From: Podarcis tiliguerta | Lineage: Eukaryota | Length of the DNA stretch: 64,000 nucleotides | Assembly (NCBI GenBank): GCA_965153285.1 | Contig: OZ229119.1 | Direction: 5' to 3' (one strand) | Shown: piece after piece, positions 11,682 to 24,501 of the stretch | How positions within the stretch are numbered: the first letter of the stretch is position 1 | Layout of the letters: the number at the start of each line of letters is the position of its first letter | Position numbers and translations under genes: made by a program | Notes under the pieces: model-generated | What the model saw: only the letters and a program-made list of their open reading frames with translations | What the model was told of the DNA's origin: nothing | The model's database searches: none

Positions 11682-12295
11682 GCAATAAGGTTTCAAGCTC
11701 AGCCAGAGGACAGGAGATTCATAAACTTCTACCAGAATCAAAAAGAGCACATGGGGTGATGTATTGGAAACTTTGCCACATTGATACAGAAGCCCGATGC
11801 TGTGAACGCAAAGTGTAAAAGCAACTTGGTCTGAGTGGATGCAATAAGTAGGCAGTCATCTATCTATGGGAAGATCAAAATCCCTAACTGACAGAAGTGT
11901 GCAATGATGACAGTTCTAAATAGCTCTAAAACTTTGCAATCCTATGGAGAAGCTGCAGTCACTCAGAGCAAAGTGAGGCAAACAGCAAAGGTTTGGCTGA
12001 AAGGCTAAGCATCTTCCAAATCTGTGGATGTGGACCAAGCTCTGACATGAAAGATGCTTGCTTTCACTTAAAAGAATTTGACAAGGGTTACCATCCTGCA
12101 TGTCTTTGGACTTATGAAACATCCTGAAGGTCCAGAAGTGGCCAAAGACCTCAGTCTTCTGGGGGATAGCGAAATGCTTAAAAAAATGCTAAATGCACAA
12201 GGCATTGAGTACCAGTTTATCTCTTTTCAGAGGAAGATTTTGGTATTTTCCTCTAAAAGAAGGGACTGAAGTTTAGAAAAGAAAAACACATTTGG

Positions 12296-12512
12296 GTGTC
12301 ATGGACTGGATGTTGAGTGGTGGGAGGAACCAGCTGGGGAGTCTCCAAGACTCAGAGCCCAGGGATTGGTGGTGGGATGATGATGAGTGGTCAGAGGGAG
12401 CAGACAGGAAGGAGGTGTCAGAAGCTGAAGAGGAAACAGGGCTTAGTGAGCAAGACAGAGTCTGTGGCAGAGAGCAGTCCAGAACCAGAGGCAGAAGTGA
12501 AGGCTGGAGAGG
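12296..12512. mobile_element. Purine-rich LTR-like repeat fragment
   Basis: Begins TGTCATGGACTGG, a TG-start pattern seen in lizard LTRs; abrupt change in composition. Confidence 0.4.
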
Positions 12513-13482
12513 TTAACAGCCATGGTCAATGTAAAGGGCAATTCAGTTCCCACAGAGGACAGTGTAGTAAGCAAGCTATGGAAGACCTCCATAGCACAAG
12601 TGACCTATCGGTTCAAGGATACCGTCCCTGCCATCAACAACATGAGCAGAACTGAAGTGGAACAAAGCTTATGCTGCTTTGGAGACTCTGACCTTGGCAC
12701 TGAAAGCAAAGACAGCCTGCTCCAACAACATTCCCTGTGCCTGAAACAAGTGATTTTGTGTGTCTGCCTAGTGAAACATAGACAGCTGGAACCATATGCA
12801 TTACAGGTCCCTCACCAAGTTAAGGAGGTAGTCTGCTGCCACAAACTGAACACCTCTTAAAAAGTGCCAGTTGCACCACAAGCACCCGCTTGAGAGTGAG
12901 GCATGCACTGTTGCAGAATTAGCCCAAAGGTTTTTCATTTTTTTAAAAAATCCACTGTAGAGAAAAAAAGGTGAAAAAGATGAAGTGAAGGAAAAGAAGG
13001 GTCTAGCTCATATGCTCTCTCAGGGGTAAGTGAAAGTTTCTCTTGCTGCAGTGACCAGAAAAAAATGGGAGCCACATTGACCTTTTTTGAGTGTGCACAC
13101 TGAGGGTTGGGGGGTTAGCTTTCCATCTAAACCCCTTCAAGAAAGTGCTAAATGCTGCTTTGTGAGGATGAAGTCTGTGGATCTGCACAGACAATATGAA
13201 GAACTGCATCTTCTTGAGACCCCACCCACAAATTATTCAGTACATGTTCCTTGTCAACTTTCAAGGGCCTCTTCTGACAGGAAGGGTCTAGCTGTATCTC
13301 CCTCAGTAGTTTCTGACAAACATCCCATAGCCCTTTTAAGAGAGAGAGATAGAACATTCTCTTTTCTCTCATTGAGCAATTATAACATTCTCTCACCTAA
13401 AGGTCTTATCATATCCAGACTAGTAATGCTGTGGAACTTGTTCATGGGCCAAGCAATAAGAATGCTAGGAAATTCTACTCAC

Positions 13483-13704
13483 CAGAGGCAAGCCTTGAAT
13501 CCTGTGCCCCCCACCCCCTGAGTGAGCGGGGTGCTGTGCTGCTCCAGGGAGAGGATGGTTTGGGATTACTCAGACCAGGAGGTGGGCGGGGTAGCCCTGT
13601 AGTGTTTCTTGAGGAAATATTGTTTCTCCACTTGTTGGAGAGATGAGGGGGATTGGGTCCTATGGGATCTGGGGACCATGTTGATTTGTAATCACTGAAC
13701 TTTG
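13483..13704 (-). CDS. TNRC6B: TNRC6B exon, M2 region (222 nt)
   Basis: ttgtag|CAAAG...TCTG|gtgagt; (A)[73 protein letters not shown]. Confidence 0.95.
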
Positions 13705-14029
13705 CTACAACAGAGGAAAGGAAAAGCCAATCAATTAGTGAAAGTTAATACACATAACACAGATCATCATAATTTTAGTTTTTGCCAACAGTCTGTCGAA
13801 GTATATTTGCATGTGATCCAGGTTACACGCTTTTGCAACAATATAGTACACGGATCTGAAAAAACTTCACCAGGGAGTTATTTAATACGTTAAAAAAAGT
13901 TACACTGAGGAAAAAACCCAGGCAACTATCTATTGTACAAAGCATTACTATATATGCTTAAATATCTCGATGTTTTCCAGCTACAATATAAAATGTGAGC
14001 TAGGTGCCTTGAGAATGGAAACCAGATAC

Positions 14030-14125
14030 CTGAAGTGCTATGAACATTTGTGAAGGAATTGTCAGAGGCACTGTAGGGCCAGGCACCAGGTGAAGGCAGC
14101 GAGGTGTTGAGGGAAGAATTAGACC
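14030..14125 (-). CDS. TNRC6B: TNRC6B exon (96 nt)
   Basis: catag|GGTCT...TCAG|gtatct; (G)[31 protein letters not shown]. Confidence 0.95.
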
Positions 14126-14654
14126 CTATGGCATAATAAGGAAAGGTAAAGAAAAACATTATAGATGAATAAAGAATTTACTTGACAACTGACATTTCTA
14201 GCAATGACAATGAATGGCAGAAACCTATTGCAGATCCATGTATTTAGTCTTAACATAAATTAAACCATAGCAACATCTGCATCTTCAAACTAGAATAGAA
14301 TACAGAGCAGAATAGGGTTGTTTGTATTTGCCTACTGCCATTAATACAGGACAGGGGCATTTCCAGGGGGAAATTGCTAAGTGCAAACAGGGTTTTAATT
14401 CATTCTCTTGGTTCACCAATGCTTACCCTCCAGATAGATATTTTCCTATTTCCCCCCTCTAGTTAAGTCTAAAACTGCAACTAAGACTGGCTGGGGGGGA
14501 AAGGGGCCTGGCAGAAGAGGTTATAAGGAAAAATAATTGGCTATGTAGAGAGATTAACCACCCTCAATTTTGCTGATTCTCCCCTGCAAATGTATCCCTG
14601 CCCCAACTTAATACAATTTCCCAATACAGAAATTGCATTATGTAATAAATATAC

Positions 14655-14801
14655 CTGTGGTGTTGTCCCGCAGAAGTTGGTGATCAGTATCTACAATGGG
14701 GGATGTGGCTGTACCCCCCAGCACACTTCCTGGGGTCACATAAGGATCAGATTCAGGGTCAATGTTTGGAATACCTTTCCATGGCACTCCTGGCTGAAAC
14801 T
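14655..14801 (-). CDS. TNRC6B: TNRC6B exon, PAM2 (PABPC-binding) motif (147 nt)
   Basis: tttcag|AGTTT...ACAG|gtatat; (E)[48 protein letters not shown]. Confidence 0.96.
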
Positions 14802-15306
14802 CTGAAACATAACAATAATCATACAGTATTTCAAATGAAATATTCAAGACTTAAAAGTTGTTAAATTCTTCCAACAAATATGAGGTGTCCAAGAATGTGT
14901 GGTGTCAAGTTTCTAGTTCTGGGGTCTTGGGAGATCAGTTTGAGAGTGCAGATAATGTTATTAGAGGAATCTAAAGGCATACATGTGTTTCCTAGTCCTT
15001 TATTAGCTCTTCCATTCCTTCCTACCCTTTCAAAAATAGTAATTAAAATGTTATTCTACATTCTGATTAAAAAGCATACAAATTAATATTGCTACTATAT
15101 GTGTGTATGTAGTCAATCAGTCACATTTTTATTGTCTGTAGCCAATTGCCATTACAATATAAATCACAAACAATAAAGATGCCAATTCAAGAGTAGACTT
15201 AAAACACACCTATTTTCAAAATTCAGGGTGGTGGTGATGGTGATGATGATGATGATGGGAGAGAGACAACGCTTGGTGAAGTCTCATAAATAAATAAATT
15301 GCTGTA

Positions 15307-15454
15307 CAGTCGTACCTCGTTTTGCGGCCTGGATCCGTTCCAGAGCCCCGGCTGCTAGCCAAAAAGGACGCAGGGCAAAGCGCTGCGTCTGAGTACGGAG
15401 CGCTTTGCGCTTCTGCGCATGCGGCAAAACTGGAAGTAACCCATTCTGGTACTG
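15307..15454. mobile_element. Truncated Tigger-like MITE
   Basis: TA|CAGTCGTACCTC left TIR; CpG-rich body similar to 10077-10294. Confidence 0.7.
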
Positions 15455-15827
15455 TATAACATTCCCAGTGGTCAAGAGTAGGGGATTACTGTTCAGTGTA
15501 GCAACTTTATCCTAACCCTAAACCTCCCCCAAAAATAAATTATACAAAATAAAAAAGTGCTTAGTTCATGTCATTTATACAGACCAAAGAAGTTTGGTTT
15601 CTTTAAAATGGAGTTTACACCTCTGAAACAAGTTTTACACAACTTCATACAGGCAAATGGTCCAAAATCTGAAAAAAAAACCCTCTTACAATGCATGTTA
15701 GCACAGCACCAGTCTGCTGTGCATAGAAAGCCATTGACAGCGGTGACACATTGATAGAAGTAACAAATTTTGTTTTATAAGCTGGGATGTAACATTTATG
15801 AACAGTTTTCAAGGGCACTGAAATTAC

Positions 15828-16004
15828 CTGGAGGCCAACTGGCATTGCTGGATTTGCTTCCAATCTTACTTGTTGGTGGAGATTTGGCAGGTAACCAACT
15901 ATCTCCAGCAGGACCTGTGTGGCTGCCCAGTGGGTCGCCAGGGATTATATCAAATTGGTTATAGGGCGATGCCCCTCGTACTTTTCCAGGGGGCACAATC
16001 GTCC
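15828..16004 (-). CDS. TNRC6B: TNRC6B exon (177 nt)
   Basis: ctttccag|GGACG...CCAG|gtaatt; (G)[58 protein letters not shown]. Confidence 0.95.
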
Positions 16005-16135
16005 CTGGAAAGAAGAGGAAAAATAATATTTTGACAAAAGGACATCATGGTAGCAACTGAAACAGGGCTCAAACCTAACATAAAAGCAGAATGGCAATTC
16101 ATACCAGTTTCACTGTAACAATAAAGCCACTAGAG

Positions 16136-16417
16136 CAAGGGTCACCAACTTTTGAGGGCCAGTGGGCATGTTTGGAATTTTATGAAAGTGTTGTGGACGG
16201 CAGTCACAAAATGACTGCTATGGAGGTGTGGCATAAGACAAAATGGCTGCCATGGAGGCATATAGGAGAGGACACACCAGTGCAAACAGGAACTGAGTGA
16301 ACAGTCTCTCATGCATTGTGGAATTTGGAGGGGATATTTAGCAAGACCTTTCATGGGTGCTACAGAAAATACTGAAGGGCAAACTGGTGCCCAAGGGCAT
16401 CACACTGGCAACCCCTG
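16136..16417. mobile_element. hAT (Charlie-like) MITE
   Basis: CAAGGGTCACCAA...TGGCAACCCCTG ends; perfect 8-bp TSD cactagag (16128-16135 and 16418-16425). Confidence 0.88.
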
Positions 16418-16723
16418 CACTAGAGTAAGAAAGAAAATAGCATATATATAATGTAAGAAAAACAATACACAAAATTAGAGGCCTTTTTAAAAAAAGGTTA
16501 TCAAAACAAAAAGCCCATTATGATTTGTTCAGATTTATATATTACCTTTCCAAAGGCATTTGCATTGCTAACAGTGGCTTAGAACAATTAAAATACAACA
16601 ATCTCACAGCAAAACAACAATACAGGAGAAGCTGCTGTCCTAGTGTTTCACTAGAGGCAATAAGTGGCAATATAAATATACCTTGTAAAATCATTTTTGA
16701 TAACGTAAGCTAGAATCTCTCAC

Positions 16724-16861
16724 CATTTTTGTGCATATTGGCATCTTGGGAAGCTACAGATGGCAATCCATCCATCATAGAAGTCCATTGTTTAAAGCGA
16801 GATTCTGTTCCAGTTTCTTTCCCTCCTACCATGCCATAATCCATGCCACTCGAACCAAAAC
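16724..16861 (-). CDS. TNRC6B: TNRC6B exon, CIM-1 motif (138 nt)
   Basis: ttcacag|GTTTT...AATG|gtgaga; (G)[45 protein letters not shown]. Confidence 0.95.
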
Positions 16862-17252
16862 CTGTGAAAAACCAATGACAACTTGAGGGCCAAGGATTTC
16901 CCCACCCCTGATTTAAGCTAAATTGCTTTATAATTATGTTTTTAAACCATATAGATGGCTGAGATGATACAAATGCTCATCACTACAAGGCTGTCTTATG
17001 CTTTTGCACAAATACTTTTTGTAACATGATATCCTGCAATAAGCAAGGCTGTTTGAAAATAAAGCTAGTGAGTCAACATAACGCTGAAGTACACTCTGCA
17101 GAGAAGAACAGAAGCTAGAGTTCTATGTAGCAAGACTGATTCAGCAATTCAACGGACACAAACAACAAATTCACTATTTGGGTTTGGTACAGATTCTTAG
17201 CGCTTAAGAAATCAAAACAGATCACAGGGTTTTAGCTATTTACAGTATTTAC

Positions 17253-17421
17253 CTGAACTATATCCAGGAATTTGCCCTTTGGTTGGTATATCTGAGAGAC
17301 TCACATTCAGACCACCAGGTACTATGCTGTCTAAATGTTTAGGCCCAACTGGATGGGATGGAGAATGTTTCATGCCAGGTTGCCTCTGTTGTGGCTGAAA
17401 GGCATTCACCATACGGGCAAT
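17253..17421 (-). CDS. TNRC6B: TNRC6B exon, end of Q-rich region (169 nt)
   Basis: ctgcag|ATTGCC...TCAG|gtaaat; [56 protein letters not shown]. Confidence 0.93.
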
Positions 17422-17593
17422 CTGCAGTTAATGAAATAAAGAAGAATTTGTTTATCTTAGTACAAACAAGTGATTATATTTTGAATAGTGCATTAGTTTC
17501 AAGCAATAATAAAGCTTTAATAACATCTTCTTGGTATATTTCTAGGCTTTATTGTACACCTCATGCATACATTGCTGATTATAAATATTGTAC

Positions 17594-17654
17594 CTGCTGT
17601 TCTTGCTGTTGTCGTACTACTTGGGAAATCTTTCTTTGACTCTGTAACAGTTGT

Positions 17655-17689
<35 letters not shown>

Positions 17690-17707
17690 GAGGATGAGTT
17701 GACAAGC
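17594..17707 (-). CDS. TNRC6B: TNRC6B exon with polyQ (Q13) (114 nt)
   Basis: ccttccag|GCTTGT...CAG|gtacaa; ACQLIL-Q13-LLQSQRKISQVVRQQQEQQ. Confidence 0.95.
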
Positions 17708-18307
17708 CTGGAAGGCAAGTAGAGGAGGTAATGAAGGACTTTATTTATAGGCATTAACTGCTGGCAAATGAGCACTGTTCAGCAGATATGACTAGCATTG
17801 TAAGTTTTTTTTTTATAATAAACAAAACTTACCATGAACATTTTAGACTATGGATGAGCCTTCCCTTTTACATCTAATTAGAAATAGTGGGATGATCCAC
17901 ACCAAGCGCTTAAAGGACATCTAATGCACATTTAATGCACATGACTCACCTGCCAAAAGAGTCCTGGGAACTGCAGTTTTCCCCTCACAGAGCTATGATC
18001 CCCAGCACCCTTAACAAACGACAGTTCCCAGGATACTTTGAGAAAGTCATGTGGTTTAAATGTATGGTGCGCCTCTGCCCAGTACTTCTAGTATGAAGCT
18101 TGATTTACTGTAAAGGTAAGTACAAGTCATTGCTAGAAAGTGTCCCCTTCCCACAACTGCATATGACTTATTTGTGCCTTTTCAACAACTAAGTATATAT
18201 TTCCACAGATATGAAGTACAACATTTTCCCAAAAAGATTAAAGCTGCAAAAACAGTCACAGGAGTATGCAAAATTCAGTCAGCTACTGTAGTAGGATAGT
18301 TACTTAC

Positions 18308-18439
18308 AAGCTGAAATTGGGGGATCTGCGGAAGTTGGCTCAACATAGCAATCTGTTGAGGAGAAAGCTGGGGATTCATGTTGAAAAGACCTGGGTTCAG
18401 ACCACTGTTAGGAAATTGCTTGAGCATGGAGGCAGAAAC
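18308..18439 (-). CDS. TNRC6B: TNRC6B exon, Q/P-rich (132 nt)
   Basis: ttattaag|GTTTCT...CTT|gtaagt; [44 protein letters not shown]. Confidence 0.95.
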
Positions 18440-19891
18440 CTTAATAAAAAGTGCAAAGGCATACACAAGTCAAACCAGAAACTGACAGAACAACAAAGAC
18501 ATTTGTAGCAGGTCTGTATGCAAAAGCAAGATGTCTCTGTTGAAAACAGAAAGTGTGTGATCTTAATCATAATGAAATTGAACATCAACAAATGAAAAGT
18601 GAACATAAAGAATATGGTACAAACACATATAGCAATATGTGAGTACAGAAAGGAATCAATTACTTGAGTTGGCTAGCTTTTGTTTGGCTGAAATTTTGAA
18701 CAATGCACAAACATTTTGTACATTTAAAGAAAAGAGCTTGAGCTTAATATGGAACATGATTCTGGAGTTAACACATTCTATTTCAGTTTGTGGCAGGGCC
18801 CTGGTGGATGAGTAGCTTTAACAGTACATCATACAGAAATGTGTGCATGTATACGTACACACCCACCCACACCATTTGAAATGGGGTGCAAGGAGAAGAG
18901 AATAACAGAGACTGCAATGCACAAAGGAGGAGGAGGAAGGAGCAACTTGTTCCTCTGGGGAAGATGAGCTTTTTCTGAATGTGCAACAACATTATATAGA
19001 GCTCTGACAGAGTGAGGTTCTTGCTAGCCCCTCTTCTCCTCAGCTACATCCTTTTTACACTTTAGGCTGAACTAAGGAGTGGGGGCACCATTGGTTCAGT
19101 ATACATAATGTTAAAACACAGTTGATGTTTACCTATGGATTTAACATGAATTAGCAGCATCAGAAATAACAAAATGCATGTTTTGGCTTGTTGTTATGCA
19201 GACTTGGGGTCATGGTTTGTTTTCCTCAAGGGAACTATAAGTGGTACCCCAAAACCAAATCTTGGCTACCAATCATAGTTTGTTGCTCCCAACATGAAGC
19301 AGGAGAGGAGCTAAGCAGAGACCTTTAGAAGCATGCACCAGCACACTGCTTGTTTGTGTAAAGCCATAATTAAACAAAGCTCACCTACCCACCTATTAGA
19401 AAACTTTCTAAGATAGCAATCCACACCCGACTAGGCTCTCTCCCTTACTTAGGTTCAAAGTCACACATCCCCTCTACAAGGACTTCTCCCTCTCATCAAA
19501 GAGCACCCATCAATCTCATGCCCCCACTGCACTCTCATAAATACCAATTAAAACAAACTGGAAGTAGGTGGCACTTTCACTCTTGTATGGCACATCTGGA
19601 TTCCCTTGTCACAAGTTTCAAACTGAAACCAAATACTTCTAACATCAAAAAGTCAACAGCAGAAAACAACGAATGCAGATGAAGAAAAAGCTTATGCTAT
19701 TAGAAAGAAGACTGCAAAAAGACACTGTATCTGCTCTTTAGCTCCTGAAGAGCCATACAAAATATGTAGGTTTGGGAAAATGACTAAAGCCTCTTCCCTC
19801 CACCAGATGTCCTCAAATCCAACTCCATATGTGGAACAACAGAAGAGACTATAACAAACCATCTACAAAGAAACTTTTAAAAATTGTTTAC

Positions 19892-20017
19892 CTGGGGAGA
19901 AAGAAACTGGGGAGGCACTTGTGCCCGGATATTAGGTGAAGGGTTTAGCGGTTGCACTGGTGGGTGCATTCCTCTCGATTGTGCTGTGCTGTTTCCAAAC
20001 AGACCTTGATTGCCACC
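19892..20017 (-). CDS. TNRC6B: TNRC6B exon (126 nt)
   Basis: tttttag|GGTGGC...CAG|gtaaac; [42 protein letters not shown]. Confidence 0.95.
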
Positions 20018-21334
20018 CTAAAAATGAATGAATGAATGAAAGTCAAATCAGGTTGTGAGTATAGTTGTTTATATATGTTAGCTGGAGCCTGGGGTTAATA
20101 TAACTATGAGAATTTATAACATGCCAATGATAGACATCCTTATTTCATCTTGATTCATTTGCCTGGCATTTTTTTCCAAACACATTCCCTTCTAAGAGGT
20201 TTGATTGTATGCCATATACATTTTAAAGAGGAGAAAAGAAGGTGCATAGAAAAGATAAGCAATGTTTATATTTAAAGGGATTTGTCTTTTGTGTTTGAAT
20301 ACTGTAGATAGCAGTATTTATTACTTATTACATATAGCAGAAGAAAATATTAAGAACTACCTAATATGATGGACTTCATTGTTTTTAGCTGCTTCTTTAT
20401 TTAATATGGAAAGTTACTCAAAGGTCTTAAGCAGTCCTCAAACTGCATTTAATCATACACAGTAAAGCAATTCCAATATTCTAAGAGAGAACGCGCCACT
20501 GCTTACACAGTCAAAACAGCACCATCATATACAAAAGAGAGGTATCAGCAGACTCAGGGGAAGGGAAACCCCAAAACAGCCCAATGGGATCTGAGCATGC
20601 TCAGAGGCCGTGTAATGCACACTGTTTGGAGGTGTGGGGAATCGACTCTAAAACAGGCGTGGGGTGGTGGTGGGGTGGACTGGTGTATGGAATTCAGAAC
20701 AGGGAACAGAGCACACTGCAACATTTTGTGCCAGGTGTCTCTTGCATATTCAATTTGAAAACAAATTCCAGTAGAAGTGACCTAGTCCCTTTGCAGGGAT
20801 ACATTCACGATACATATTAACCTTAGAAAAACATTTGTAGATGTGGTTATAGCTTGTGTTGTTATTCCTAGAGATTTCCAAATGGATAGAATTGTTAGTC
20901 TCTTCTTCGGTTTCAAAACTGCTCTAGGATAAGTTAAGAGCAAACACACATACAAATCTAAACAGAGTAACTACTGCATAAATGTAGTATGAAGTTTTAG
21001 TGCCAAATTTGTTTTTTAGAGCAAGGGGGAAAGTGTTTATTCTTGCACTGGGTTCCAAAATGTTTATTCCCCGACTTTTAATTACTTTCTTTGAGAAAGT
21101 AAACTCACAGACTGTTGTGAGGTATTAGTAAGGGATCAAAGTAACAGACATAAGCAACATATTGAATGTCTGGAAGGAAGCAATAAAGACTGGTGGGTTC
21201 CTGAATTTGAGATTTATCTTACTACATTTTCCATGAAAAAAACATTTAAAAAAGGGGTGCAAAAACCAAGCTGACAAGGATTAACTATAGGATGCAGCCA
21301 AGAAGTAATATAACCAAGAATGTGACCTCCTTAC

Positions 21335-21502
21335 TTGTCTAGCAGCGAAGTTTTGGGGGTTGAGCCCTGAGCCGATTGCCCCAAGGCAGACGGGTAGTGT
21401 GGAACCAGAGGGAGAAAGCTTGTAGTTGGGAGAAGGGGAGAAGGGAGAGCAGGGAGCCTCATCCCCAAGGCACCCATCTTGATTGGAGAAAGGCAAAGTC
21501 AG
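21335..21502 (-). CDS. TNRC6B: TNRC6B symmetric (phase 0-0), probably cassette exon (168 nt)
   Basis: Branch point CACTAAC at 21536-21542; tcttcag|CTG...CAA|gtaagg; [56 protein letters not shown]. Confidence 0.92.
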
Positions 21503-23380
21503 CTGAAGAAATAAGTAGCCAATCAGCAGGAGTTGGTTAGTGAAGCAACAGAATGCAAGAAGAGAGAGAGTGACCATGAATGACCAAGATTATGCAAAAT
21601 TAGTATGATTTTAACCATTAAAAGGATATGTTCCAACAAAGTACACGACTTACTTTGGAAATATGGACTAAAAGGAGACAAGTCAGAACAATCAATTCAA
21701 TACTTAAAAACCTTTACCCATAGCTAATGCTGCCCTGCTTGTGGAAGTGATAATCTTCAATAAAAGAGATGCAATATTTCTATTTGCTGACAAAATTTTA
21801 TTTCTTTTCAGGAGATCTACAACTGAGTAACACCTAGAGCAGATGAGGCAAGCAGAAGAATTCAGGCAGGTGAAGAATAAAGAAATCTCATCAGAATAAT
21901 ATCTCGGTTCTTGGGCAATTTAAAGATCTTCCATCCAGTACATTATTATAAGCACTACTCGACTGACACTAGTATGTCCATCTTTCTTACAAAGCAAGAG
22001 AATGAACATCCTCGCATGGAGTATTTTGTTACCAAAAGCTCTTTAGAACCAAACACAAAAAATAAACACTGACTGATTCATTTTCTCAGGTTAACGTCCT
22101 TATCTGTCTCTGGTGCACAGTGTCAGCCAGCAAGGTCAGTGTAGAATGCTGAAATTCCTCACTCCCTGATCAGAAGAGAAAGACTGATAGCCCAGGAAGA
22201 TGGAGGCAGTTTTGGTGAAGTGCTGTTGTTTTCAGCTTGAGGTTGACACTGGCTACTCTGGACAATACAATTCCCTACTGCCTATGTGAGAATCAAGCCA
22301 TATTTAAGACAGCTTAGGGCTAACTTAGCTTCTGTTTCATGGAAGTGCTATTTATGTAAATGCAAAAATATGAAACAGCCATCAAAGTCCCCTCTTTGAG
22401 ACCTAACTCTGGGGCTCCCTGAATGCTCCTCATTTCTAGAAATTATATTTCTGAGATATTCTGCTTCAGCTACCTCTATAATAGCCATTGGCTTTGTCAT
22501 TCTCCAAAAAACAAATAATACAGAAACTTAGTGGTGACAAACAGGGCTTTTGAATTTGGCTGTGTTCTTTACAAGCACGGCTAGGTACAGAAAAAAACCC
22601 CATTATTTCAACAGCCAGAGACCAGGCCAAACAGCAGACAAAAACCAAGAAAAGTAGTTACAAGGGTGCTCCAAGTTTTTAAAGTTGTATACCTGATGCA
22701 ATACTTGAACACTGAAATTCTTGTCTGCTCACACTAGAAGACTTTAGGGATGACTCTGAGCAAATTTATTTTGTGTAATATTGTATAGGTACAGAATTTT
22801 GAAGGGTCCTTCAGCATTAATAACCTTATACACTTGATTCTATGGCAACTGCAATTTTGGTTGGAATCCTATCAAAAGGAAATGGATCAGGTACCTTCTT
22901 TCTGTGGGTAAATTCCTAGCTTTAGGTGATGTCAAAGAAACAGAGGTCTGAGATCTTCTCTTCTTTTAAGTAATTAAACAGAGGACATTATGGTTTTGTT
23001 ATGTCAGGACCAAACCTACCAGAAGCCAGAAAAGAACAACACTAGGTACCATCTCAACTTGAGGATCTGGCACTGGTAAAAAGTGTATTACAATGCTGGG
23101 TTGATTATTTCTTGTAGTATTAAGAAATGACCCAGTGATTAAGTGATTAAGTGTTAAGTAAATGAGATACATCTTCTGGCATTAAAAAGCAGAGCAGATA
23201 CCTTGGGTGGAGGGGGTCCATTGCAAATGGTTACAAAAATAACCAAGTTCTGAAATAATTTGATGGCTCTGAAGTTTCTTACTTGTGTTGACTAGAAGTA
23301 TGTTTCTTGATTCCAAATGACACATGTCTTAATTCAGAGGAATTGGAAGCAGGACTTTTTAAAAGTTTAACTCTGTCCCA

Positions 23381-23526
23381 GTCTGAGATGGCTCAGTTTG
23401 TAGAGTGTGAGACTCTTATAGGGTCATGGGTTCAGCCCCAAGTTGGGCAAAATATTCCTGCATTGCAGGAGGCTGGATTAGATGACCCTTGTGGTCCCTT
23501 CCAACTCTACAATTTGTATGATTCTA
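23381..23526 (+). mobile_element. tRNA-derived SINE with CR1-type tail (Squam2-like)
   Basis: A-box-like TGGCTCAGTTTGTAGAG and B-box-like GGTTCAGCCCC; CR1 3' end GGTCCCTTCCAACTCTAC...TATGATTCTA. Confidence 0.8.
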
Positions 23527-24032
23527 ATGAATCTTTAGGGAAATATATTGACCAGCAGTCCAGGTTCCAAATAAATCCATACTGTGTTTTTTCTAACCCA
23601 CTGTGCACTGAGGGTATGGTTGTAGCAATGAGTGTCTGATCCTCAAATCTGTCACCAAAATGGAAGCTGAAATTTGGATGGAACTTCTTTGAGAATATGT
23701 AAGTTGATTCTCCTCTAATTCAGTAAGTTCAGGGTCCCAGGAAATAGGCGTATACTGCATTGTGAATTCCAACAGGGTACAAACAGACAAAGGAACCATA
23801 GTTGAGGTCATGGCCTAGACCTGGAACAGCAGCCAGAATTCTGACAGAGATAAAAGGTACCAGCTAGGTTGAGCAAACTAGTGGCACAGGAAATGAGCTG
23901 AAATCTCAATGGCAAGCCTGAATCTGACAGCCAGGAAACTCTGGAATACAAGGTCCTTGAGCTGGAAATGGAAAGAGCAGCCCCAAGCTGCAGTCCCCAG
24001 AGGAACCAGGGCCTGACTCATTCTCCTTAGTC

Positions 24033-24501
24033 CAGAGATTTTCAACCTTTTTGAGTCCACAGCTCCCTTGACCAACTTCTTTCTGCGGCACCCCTATAGG
24101 GCTCAGGAACGCAGTTATGTCACCCCTTGCCTGAAGAGCTGGCAGCCTCTCACCCTTTTTCAAACACCCTCCTTTGCAGAGTGTTCTCTTAGCTTCCTCT
24201 CCTCTCCATTCTTCTTGGGAATCCTCCAGGTAGCCGCAGCCACCCCTGGTCTGTGAGGCACTTCAGCTCCTGGTAACCAGCACCCCCGGCCAACCCAGAG
24301 GCACTATTTGCCTGGGATGCTTGTAGCCAGGGCTGCTGCAACAAACAGCTGTGCAAGCCTTTGGGAGGCAGAGATGCAAGAGGGCTTCAGAGGGAGGGAG
24401 GGAAGGAAGGAAAAAGGGACAGAAGCCTGTGTTGCCTGCGGCACCCCTGACCATCATTTGAGGCATCCCAGGGTGTCACGGCGCACTGTTTGAAAACCAG
24501 T
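24033..24501. mobile_element. hAT-type non-autonomous element
   Basis: CAGAGATTTTCAACCTTTTT...GTTTGAAAACCAGT degenerate TIRs. Confidence 0.6.

Larger units (their letters stand above)
10908..12925 (+). mobile_element. Possible heavily decayed hAT transposase fossil with nested insertions
   Basis: Frameshifted remnants resemble hAT/ZNF862-type motifs (FSDG about 11238, RLxLAVSAA about 11290, KFYQN about 11725, KWPK...GDSEM about 12135-12175). Judged by eye only. Confidence 0.3.

Noticed and set aside
23381-23455. tRNA-like sequences (also 54315-54390 and the Sauria SINE head)
   Set aside because: SINE heads with degenerate cloverleafs and LINE-derived tails, not tRNA genes.
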